Shown piece after piece: positions 10,773-18,431 of a stretch of 64,000 nucleotides of DNA. Numbering within the stretch: the first letter of the stretch is position 1; each line of letters begins with the position of its first letter. The notes under the pieces are model-generated. The model saw only the letters and a program-made list of their open reading frames with translations. It ran no database searches and was not told where the DNA came from. The position numbers and the translations under genes were made by a program. Source of the DNA: an uncultured archaeon (lineage in GTDB: Archaea > Asgardarchaeota > Lokiarchaeia > Sigyniarchaeales > SOKP01). The stretch covers positions 50,087 through 114,086 of the forward strand of contig CAYLZE010000005.1 of assembly GCA_964388035.1 (NCBI GenBank), read 5' to 3'.

Positions 10773-11748
10773 CTCTTTCTATGATGGTTAAAAAAACTTC
10801 CTCTAGTTTTGGAATGTGGTTATTTATTTGTTTTATCTTTAACTGGTTTCGAGTTGCAAATTCAACGATATTACACACGGCAATATCAATTTCTTTAACT
10901 ATAACCTGATAACTATCTTCATCTTTTTGGATTTTTATCACCGAAGGCATGTTTTTTAATTCTTCTTCGTTAACCCTCCCTTCGAAATTTAGAATAATAG
11001 CTTGATATTCTTGGGTTAATCTGCGCAAGTTTGCAGGAGTATCCAAGCTAATGATCTTGCCGTGATCGATGATGGCGATTCTATCACAGAGCTCATTGGC
11101 AACCTCCATGTCGTGCGTGGTTATAAAAATAGTCATTCCTTCACTATTATATTCCTTTATTAATTGCTTTATAATTTTAGCACTTTGAACATCCAAGCCC
11201 GAAGTGGGTTCATCCAGAAATAAAATTTTCGGCCCGCTCATTAAGGCCATGCAAAGCAATAACCTCTGTTTCATCCCTTTTGAGTATTTTTTTGCCGTGA
11301 GGTTTTTTTTCTCGAACAATTCAAACTTTTTTAATAATTCTTCCGCTTTTTTATTCCTCTCTTTCTTTTCCATTCCATACAATGAACCTATGAATGTCAG
11401 ATTTTGGATTCCCGACAATTCTAAATATACATTTGCCATTTCGGGAACGTTACCCGTGATTTGCTTTACCTGTATGGGATGTTGCCACATATCATTGCCA
11501 AATACATTAATTTTGCCCTTAGTAGGTTCTAAAACCCCCGTCAACATTCGAATCGTGGTGGTCTTTCCCGCTCCATTCGGACCCAGAAATCCAAATATCT
11601 CTCCCGTTTTTACTTCAAAATTAATATCATCCACAGCTCGAATTGCCATTTTTGTACCATCTGAAGCTTTTCCCCTCTTCAATCCTTTTCTTTCTCGTTT
11701 TGGGGTATCAAAATATTTGCATAAACTGCTTACTTCAATTGCATTCAC
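10759..11748 (-). CDS. ABC exporter ATP-binding protein (copy 2)
   Basis: Identical to copy 1 after about residue 30. Confidence 0.92.
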   Translation of the reverse strand: MNAIEVSSLCKYFDTPKRERKGLKRGKASDGTKMAIRAVDDINFEVKTGEIFGFLGPNGAGKTTTIRMLTGVLEPTKGKINVFGNDMWQHPIQVKQITGNVPEMANVYLELSGIQNLTFIGSLYGMEKKERNKKAEELLKKFELFEKKNLTAKKYSKGMKQRLLLCMALMSGPKILFLDEPTSGLDVQSAKIIKQLIKEYNSEGMTIFITTHDMEVANELCDRIAIIDHGKIISLDTPANLRRLTQEYQAIILNFEGRVNEEELKNMPSVIKIQKDEDSYQVIVKEIDIAVCNIVEFATRNQLKIKQINNHIPKLEEVFLTIIERGGKD

Positions 11749-11962
11749 TCAATTCACCAAAAACGTATAATAAAAATATATTAATAAGCTTAATGCTTAA
11801 TTTCAGAATATATTTACTAAAAATATAATTTGGGAAATTTACTTTTTATCAATACGTTGCTATATAAAAATTGCACAACTTGTTGTATTAGGGGTCTAAA
11901 AATCAATAAGAATAAGATTTGTTAAAATTTAAAAAAAAAATTAAGGAATCATAAAGATTTGG

Positions 11963-12751
11963 TTAATCCTTGAATCTCCTTTCTAATGTTTTTGCGTGAA
12001 GAAAAAAAGCCAGAAAAAGGAAAAATAGTCCAAAGGCACCTAAAATTGCTAAGTCAATCAAGATACCATGCATTCCAAAGATACTCGCATCTCCAAATCC
12101 TACATTAATTACATCGATAAAATAGGTTAATGGCGAAATAAATGCAGTAGGGGATAGCATAATCGGCACGAATAGGGGACTAATGAAGATCAAGGGAAAT
12201 TTAATGAGGATGGTCAACACCATGGTATTCCCGGGAGCATCCGTGGAAGGGACGGAAAAAAGAAGCCCAAAACTTGCAAACATCAATCCCGCTATCACCA
12301 TTCCAATGAGAATTATGAACAAATTCATCGTTAAATATAAAGAACCAAAAATTATCCCCAAGATGAGCGGAATGGATGAAAAAATGAGCCCGTGGATAAA
12401 AGAGCTCCACATGCTTCCTAACAAGATCGTCCTGATGGAAATAGGACATGTAATTAACCTTTCAAAGCTCTTGCTCATCGTCTCCCAGGGAAAGACAATC
12501 GGTCCTATGGCGGTGGAAGTTAAAAAGATAATCATTGCCATCATTCCAGAAACTAAATATCGCACTTGCACGCTTCTTCCGATGGTTAATGCTATGAAAA
12601 GGATGATGGGAAAGAGAATACCTTGAATCAGGACCGGGGGTTTATTGTAATATATTTTAAGATCCTTTTTTGTAATTGCAAACGAGCGTTTTATTTGAGT
12701 AAAGAAACCTATTCCCTTTAATGGATCCATGCTCATTCTTTTTTCATCCAT
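11963..12751 (-). CDS. ABC-2 type exporter permease (copy 3, more diverged)
   Basis: Same YYNKPPVLIQGILFP and KFPLIFISP motifs. Confidence 0.88.
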   Translation of the reverse strand: MDEKRMSMDPLKGIGFFTQIKRSFAITKKDLKIYYNKPPVLIQGILFPIILFIALTIGRSVQVRYLVSGMMAMIIFLTSTAIGPIVFPWETMSKSFERLITCPISIRTILLGSMWSSFIHGLIFSSIPLILGIIFGSLYLTMNLFIILIGMVIAGLMFASFGLLFSVPSTDAPGNTMVLTILIKFPLIFISPLFVPIMLSPTAFISPLTYFIDVINVGFGDASIFGMHGILIDLAILGAFGLFFLFLAFFLHAKTLERRFKD

Positions 12752-13742
12752 TTACAACACCTCTTTCAAGAATTGTTAAAAATGCTTCTTCTAATTTCGG
12801 TTGGTGAGTGTTCAATTGTTTGATAATAATATTTTTTGACTTAACATAGTCAATAATCTGGCATATAGATTCGGTGAGATTATCAACAATTACGCGAAAT
12901 CCTTCGGGTATTACTTGCACTTCTTTCACGGCCGGGATATTTTTGACATCTTCTTCTTTCACACCATTCGCAAAGTAGACGTCGATAGCTTGAAATTCCT
13001 GTGTTAATCTTTTAATGTTTGCCGGGGTATCTAAACTGATTATCTTACCGTGACTGATGATAGCGATTCTATCACAGAGCTCATTAGCCACTTCCATGTC
13101 ATGTGTGGTTATAAAAATGGTCATTCCACGTTCATTATATTGCTTTAATAATTGTTTTATTATTTTCGCGCTTTGAACATCCAATCCCGAGGTGGGTTCA
13201 TCCAGAAATAGAATTTCCGGCTCGCTCATTAGTGCCATGCAGAGTAATAATCTTTGCTTCATTCCTTTTGAATACTTTTTAGTCTTGAGATGGCGTTTTT
13301 CATATAAGTCAAATTTTTTCAATAATTCTTCCCCCCTTTCCATTCTCCTTTTCTTCGGAATCCCATATAGTTCTCCCATGAATAAGAGATTCTCCCATCC
13401 CGTAAAGGAAATATATGCATTTGCCATTTCTGGGACATTACCCGTGATCTGTTTCACTTGAAGTGGCTGTTTCCATGCATCCATTCCAAATATCTCTATT
13501 TTACCATGAGTCGGACGCAACACCCCCGTCATCATTCGAATGGTGGTAGTTTTTCCAGCCCCATTAGGTCCGAGGAACCCAAATATTTCCCCTCGTTCCA
13601 CTTGAAAATTAATCCCATCTACAGCACGAATGATGTAATTTTCTCCATTTAAGGTATTATTTGCTTTATTCCCCTTTTTTCGATTTATCTTCGATTTAAA
13701 ATGCTTGGATAAATCTTTTACCATAATAGCCGTAGTGTTCAC
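12744..13742 (-). CDS. ABC exporter ATP-binding protein (copy 3)
   Basis: Walker A/B and YSKGMKQR. Confidence 0.92.
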   Translation of the reverse strand: MNTTAIMVKDLSKHFKSKINRKKGNKANNTLNGENYIIRAVDGINFQVERGEIFGFLGPNGAGKTTTIRMMTGVLRPTHGKIEIFGMDAWKQPLQVKQITGNVPEMANAYISFTGWENLLFMGELYGIPKKRRMERGEELLKKFDLYEKRHLKTKKYSKGMKQRLLLCMALMSEPEILFLDEPTSGLDVQSAKIIKQLLKQYNERGMTIFITTHDMEVANELCDRIAIISHGKIISLDTPANIKRLTQEFQAIDVYFANGVKEEDVKNIPAVKEVQVIPEGFRVIVDNLTESICQIIDYVKSKNIIIKQLNTHQPKLEEAFLTILERGVVNG

Positions 13743-13783
13743 TTTAATTACCTCTTGAGAATATTTTATTATTTACTTTATAT

Positions 13784-13945
13784 TCATTCCTCTTCCTTTT
13801 CTAGATGGACATGCTTGAATAGTTCATCAATAGATTGTTCACCGTGGCATTTTATAATTTGATTTATCGAACATCCATTAGGATGTTTTTCCAAGATGTC
13901 AGGATGACTGCAGTCACATTCTTCCTTTTTAATTTTCATTTTCAT
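13784..13945 (-). CDS. Small Cys/His-rich protein (53 aa), not in ORF track
   Basis: MKMKIKKEECDCSHPDILEKHPNGCSINQIIKCHGEQSIDELFKHVHLEKEEE*; SD AGGAG upstream; first gene of the ABC run. Confidence 0.7.
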   Translation of the reverse strand: MKMKIKKEECDCSHPDILEKHPNGCSINQIIKCHGEQSIDELFKHVHLEKEEE

Positions 13946-14137
13946 GTACTCTACACTCCTTTTAATTTATTTTTTCCATTAATTTAATTATATTTATCAT
14001 TAGTTGAATATTAGGTTTAACCAATGAAACTGCATATTTAAATATAACGAAAATTCTTTTCAATAGTTAAAAATAAAACCTAAAAATTTATTTACCAGAA
14101 GTAAATATACTAATTTGAATAGGAAAGGAATTAGACC

Positions 14138-14500
14138 ATGCCTCAAAAAATGAAAGAAATTAACCTCTCTGAAATTGATATATTTGTAAAAGCCCTGCAT
14201 TGTCCCATTCGATGGGATATCATTGAAATTTTAAAAAACGGACCAAAAAGTTCAAAAGAAATATATGATATTCTTAAGGAAAAACCAACTGCTGAAAATT
14301 CTAATGATCCTAACTGTAAAGGAAAGTGTCACGATAATATATATCCTAATTTGAAGAAGCATTCTCTCTATTATCATTTACGGGAATTGGAAGCGGTAAA
14401 GATCATCGCATTGGATGAATTTAAGCCCAGTGAGGAGGGAAGGGCTCCTGAAAAGGTATGGAAATTGAACATGGATAAGATAGTGATTAATTTGAAATAA
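14138..14500 (+). CDS. ArsR/SmtB-family winged-helix regulator
   Basis: KALHCPIRWDIIEILK...SLYYHLRELE; CKGKCH insert; divergent from the ABC operon. Confidence 0.8.
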   Translation: MPQKMKEINLSEIDIFVKALHCPIRWDIIEILKNGPKSSKEIYDILKEKPTAENSNDPNCKGKCHDNIYPNLKKHSLYYHLRELEAVKIIALDEFKPSEEGRAPEKVWKLNMDKIVINLK

Positions 14501-14575
14501 AGAGAGAGCTGGATACCCTTCTCCTTTCTGTCAAGAATCTCTTTTTAAATTTATTTGATTTGAAACGGAGGGATC

Positions 14576-16474
14576 TTAGCCAGTTCTTTTGAAAAGCTTA
14601 TCTAACTCCTTATAGGAAAAAAATTTCATGACCGGTCTTCCATGAGCACAATGAAAGGGGTCCTTGCAAGTGGATAATTGAATCAATAAATTCCTAATAT
14701 CTTTTAAAGACAAATCATCACCTCCCCGAATGCTCCGATGACAGGACAAGTAATTGATGATTTCTTCCTTGACTTCGGAAAAGGAACGTTCCTTTCCAAT
14801 CTCCGTGATATCGCTGACAATTTCCTTGATTATCGCAGTATCCACGGATTTTCCCATAATGACGGGAATTTCTCTTAAAATAAAAGTATTTCCCCCAAAG
14901 TGTTCGAAATTAAAACCCAATTTCTTGAACTGAGCAAGATTTTCCATCAAGAAGAATTTTTCACTGGGGGATACTTCTAGATGTAAAGGAGAGATCAGCA
15001 CTTGTTTACTTTTCACGGAATTTTCATACACGTCCAAGAAATATTCCTTGTTAATTCGCTCGGATGCAGCATGTTGATCCAAGATAAACATTCCTTCCTC
15101 CCCCTCTTGGCTGAATCCTTCTAATAGGATGTAGATTTTATTGCTTAATTGTCCCGTTGGAGGAAGGAGTTTAATACGAGGAAAATTCTTCTCGGTAATA
15201 TATTTATCTCGAATCAAGGAATCCAATACTTTTTTTTGCGAAGATCCTTGCATTTCCTCGTGTTCAATTAACAAGGTTTGTACGGGCTCTGATAGGAATT
15301 CGGAATTCATATCGGCATTTTCTTCCGTCGGGACTTGACTTACTGCCATCTTTTCTTGATCATCTAATACGGCTTGCTCATCAAGATTGAGTGAACTTAC
15401 GTGTTGAGTCGTGGTTTTATTTCCTTTAATACCAGTATAATCCGTGATCTCCATGGGGATAGTTGCACTCTCTTCCTTCATGAAGTTCTCTTCCACTACC
15501 TTGCGAATGATAGTATAGACTTTATTATACATGTAATTATCATCTTCAAATCGCACGTGGAGTTTCTTGGGATGCACGTTAAAATCCACAGTAGAAGGGC
15601 TTATATCTAAAAAGAGGATGAAAAAGGGAAACTTATTTATCATTAAAGTACCTTTATAGGCATCCTTAACTGCTCTGAACAAGACATCACTGATGATGTA
15701 GCGCTTGTTTAAAAACACGCTCGAATCTTTCCGATTTCTACTCGAAATTGCCGGTTTTCCTATTAATCCCCATGCTTTAAAGTCTTCATCTTCGGAATAC
15801 TCAAAGGAAATCAACTGGCTTGCTATTTGCTTGCCATACACGTGGAACACTGTGGTTCGCAAATCATTTGATAAAGGACAATTTAGAATGGTTAGCTCAT
15901 CATGTGCATAATAAAAATGCAACTCGGGATATGCCAACGCATATCGTTGCAAGATATCCGTGATGTGCCCCAGTTCCGTGGCATCGGATTTTAAAAACTT
16001 TTTTCGAGCGGGAAGGTTATAAAAGAGGTTTAATATTTTTATATCCGTGCCAATGGGACAAGAAATACTCTTTTTTCCTTTTACCTTTCCTTCCTCCAGG
16101 ATTAATTCCTCGCCTAAATCAATCCCTTTAATTCTCGAACGGATCTGGACCTTGCTCACCACTGCCATGCTGGCCAGCGCTTCTCCCCGAAAGCCCAGGG
16201 TTTGCAGGTTTTCTAAATCCTCCACGCTTCTTATCTTGCTACTGGTATGCCGTTCGAAAGCAATCTCCATTTCATCGGAGGGAATGCCAATCCCATCATC
16301 TATCACTTGAATTAAAGTTTTCCCCGCATTTTTCACCAGCACTTTTATTTCTTTCGCTCCCGCATCGATACTATTTTCAACCAGCTCTTTAATCACGTTA
16401 GAAGGGCGCTCTACCACCTCACCTGCCGCAATTTTTTCGGCGTGAATAATTTTTTCGATCTTCTTGCGTTCCAT
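14576..16474 (-). CDS. mutL: DNA mismatch repair endonuclease MutL
   Basis: IAAGEVVERP, GFRGEALAS, endonuclease motif DQHAASERINKE, SCH, CAHGRP. Confidence 0.96.
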   Translation of the reverse strand: MERKKIEKIIHAEKIAAGEVVERPSNVIKELVENSIDAGAKEIKVLVKNAGKTLIQVIDDGIGIPSDEMEIAFERHTSSKIRSVEDLENLQTLGFRGEALASMAVVSKVQIRSRIKGIDLGEELILEEGKVKGKKSISCPIGTDIKILNLFYNLPARKKFLKSDATELGHITDILQRYALAYPELHFYYAHDELTILNCPLSNDLRTTVFHVYGKQIASQLISFEYSEDEDFKAWGLIGKPAISSRNRKDSSVFLNKRYIISDVLFRAVKDAYKGTLMINKFPFFILFLDISPSTVDFNVHPKKLHVRFEDDNYMYNKVYTIIRKVVEENFMKEESATIPMEITDYTGIKGNKTTTQHVSSLNLDEQAVLDDQEKMAVSQVPTEENADMNSEFLSEPVQTLLIEHEEMQGSSQKKVLDSLIRDKYITEKNFPRIKLLPPTGQLSNKIYILLEGFSQEGEEGMFILDQHAASERINKEYFLDVYENSVKSKQVLISPLHLEVSPSEKFFLMENLAQFKKLGFNFEHFGGNTFILREIPVIMGKSVDTAIIKEIVSDITEIGKERSFSEVKEEIINYLSCHRSIRGGDDLSLKDIRNLLIQLSTCKDPFHCAHGRPVMKFFSYKELDKLFKRTG

Positions 16475-16561
16475 TAAATTATTACCCGGATTAATACATT
16501 ATCTTTTTTCTTTTAATGTAAAAGGAATTTTATTAAATTAATCTTCTCAATATAAAATGCT

Positions 16562-16671
16562 GTTTCCATCTTCTACTTGAAGCTTTTTCTCCGTAACTGT
16601 AAAATCAGCAGACTCCTTATTAATTTATTAACATGTTTCAATCTTCTACTTGAAGCGTTTTTCTCCGCAAC
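16562..16671 (-). CRISPR. Orphan CRISPR mini-array: 2 repeats, 1 spacer
   Basis: Minus-strand repeat GTTGCGGAGAAAAACGCTTCAAGTAGAAGATTGAAAC (37 bp, 16635..16671). Degenerate distal copy GTTACGGAGAAAAAGCTTCAAGTAGAAGATGGAAAC (16562..16597). 37-bp spacer at 16598..16634. CTTC/GAAG hairpin sits just before the ATTGAAAC handle; AT-rich leader-like DNA follows 16672. Confidence 0.75.
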
Positions 16672-16751
16672 TATTATATATATAATACAATATAAAAACA
16701 ACCCTATTATAATTTTATGTAAATCAGAGAACATTTCCGAATTTAGAAAAG

Positions 16752-17112
16752 TTATCTAAGGTATTGTGACGATTTTGCAGGATTGGCCTTATTAATTTTC
16801 CTTTATATGGAAGTTAATTTAAAATATTAGTAGATAAGAAATTTCTTAGTAACATATTTGTAGCATCTGGATGTGGTGAAAAGACGTGAAGTATTATTAT
16901 AGTGGGAGACTCTGAAGCGGAAAAATGGTAGAGTGTTCCAAAGCCTTTATCATATGTGATTATTGGTACTTGATGTTCAAAGCATAATCAAAAATGATTT
17001 GATCACTTATTCCTGGCTTTAATTCTTTCTCAACAAAAAGTAGATTAAGTCCTGATTTTTTTAAAATTAAAATAGTAGATTTAGCAAGGCATTCGTCTAC
17101 GAGGAGCTTCAT
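16752..17112 (-). pseudogene. Frameshifted DUF5615 (PIN-like) toxin
   Basis: MKLLVDECLAK...PGISDQIIFDYAL, then a frameshift near 16978 to EHQVPIITYDKGFG...; a further stop at 16814-16816. Lies directly downstream of the DUF433 gene. Confidence 0.75.
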
Positions 17113-17150
17113 GTGAACATAAATGATCAAATTATTATGATAAAGGCCTA

Positions 17151-17384
17151 TTAAAGATTAATTAATTCTTCTTCGGGGTGATCGACAACAAAAATCGAAT
17201 ATTCAAGAGCTGCTTTTATATCTTCCCTAGAAAGACGAGGGTATTCCTCTATTATCTTTTCAAAGCTTGCTCCGTCGCTTAACATTTTTAATACTAGAGA
17301 GATCGGTATTCTTGTACCTTTAAATACAGGTTTTCCAGATAGTATAGCTGGATCATTTCGAATTCTTTCAAAGAATTCATTCAT
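17151..17384 (-). CDS. DUF433 family antitoxin
   Basis: RIRNDPAILSGKPVFKGTRIPIS...EEYPRLSREDIKAALEY. Confidence 0.92.
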   Translation of the reverse strand: MNEFFERIRNDPAILSGKPVFKGTRIPISLVLKMLSDGASFEKIIEEYPRLSREDIKAALEYSIFVVDHPEEELINL

Positions 17385-17604
17385 TTATATTCTTCTCTTG
17401 TAATAATTTACTAATGAATTTAATATTCTCAGTAAAAATAAAACTTTTATATTTCAATTTTTATATGGCTAATTTTCACTTTAAGAGAAATTATAGTGTA
17501 AACATTCATTCTTTACTGCTTAAATTTGCTCCATTAAAACTTTCTTTTAAAACAAACTTTACTTCATAATTTTTTAAAAGAAATTGATTTAAGGATATTA
17601 ATTC

Positions 17605-17622
17605 CCTTATTTGGAAATAAGG
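17605..17622. terminator. Palindrome immediately downstream of nagB
   Basis: CCTTATTT-GG-AAATAAGG, 8-bp inverted repeat. Confidence 0.3.
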
Positions 17623-17629
17623 AAGTTTC

Positions 17630-18370
17630 TCATAATAAGGAGGCAGAATCTTCATCAAGAAAGGCCCAGGTGTGGGGGTGTCTTTTTAAAATGGAAGCAG
17701 GATACATCGGGGAAACCGTGACCTCTGAAGACAAGCAATCGCGCACGGCTTCTGCCTTTCGCTTGTCGGGAACCACGCATATAATATATTTTGATTTTAA
17801 AATCTGCCGGATGGACATAGAAATGGCTTGGATGGGTACCTGTTCCACGGATGGAAACCAACCCTCCCCCACTTGTTGCATCCTGCAATCCTCGTCGAGA
17901 TTCACGATGATGTAAGGCACGTCAAGAGTAAAGTCTGCTGGGGGATCATTAAATGCCAAGTGCCCGTTCTCTCCAATTCCCACGAAGGAGACATCAATTC
18001 CTTCCTGAGAAATTAACCGGTTCATTCGGGCACATTCTTCCTGCGGATCGGGAGCATCTCCTTGAATGAAATGGACTTCAGCAGGATGGACCTTGTTAAC
18101 GAGACGCTCCTTTAAATACTTGCGGAAACTGGCGGGATGGTTTTCTGAAAGCCCAATGTACTCATCCAAATGAAACATGGTGGTTTTTTCCCATTTAATG
18201 GAGGGCATATCGCATAATGCATTCAAGAACTCGAATTGAGACGCTCCAGTTGCCGCAATAAATCGTACATTATCTTTATGTTTCAGTATTTCGTCAAAAA
18301 GTTCCGCAGCTTTAAGGGCTGCTGCTTGGCCCAAACTTTTTTTATTTGGATATATGTCTATTTTTAACAT
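17630..18370 (-). CDS. nagB: Glucosamine-6-phosphate deaminase family protein
   Basis: ATGASQ, FHLDEYIG, HPASFRKYL, GIGENGHLAFNDP, PASIL. Confidence 0.88.
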   Translation of the reverse strand: MLKIDIYPNKKSLGQAAALKAAELFDEILKHKDNVRFIAATGASQFEFLNALCDMPSIKWEKTTMFHLDEYIGLSENHPASFRKYLKERLVNKVHPAEVHFIQGDAPDPQEECARMNRLISQEGIDVSFVGIGENGHLAFNDPPADFTLDVPYIIVNLDEDCRMQQVGEGWFPSVEQVPIQAISMSIRQILKSKYIICVVPDKRKAEAVRDCLSSEVTVSPMYPASILKRHPHTWAFLDEDSASLL

Positions 18371-18431
18371 GATGATTTTATCCTTTTAGAGAATATTTTA
18401 AGGATTCTATTATATGGTAAAAGGAGGGTTC

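Larger units (their letters stand above)
8751..11655. repeat. Direct repeat of about 0.92 kb (8751..9668 = 10738..11655, offset 1987)
   Basis: By eye the two ATPase genes are nucleotide-identical over this tract; the flanks differ. Confidence 0.85.

Noticed and set aside
9217-13652. Plus-strand ORFs of 60-190 aa opposite the ABC genes, and similar antisense ORFs elsewhere
   Set aside because: They are shadows of well-supported genes on the other strand and have no motifs.
16598-16634. Self-targeting of the spacer within this window
   Set aside because: Only short AT-rich partial matches were seen by eye; a real search is needed.
16577-16759. 60-aa ORF in the track
   Set aside because: It overlaps the CRISPR repeats and leader; its repeated peptide merely reflects the DNA repeat.
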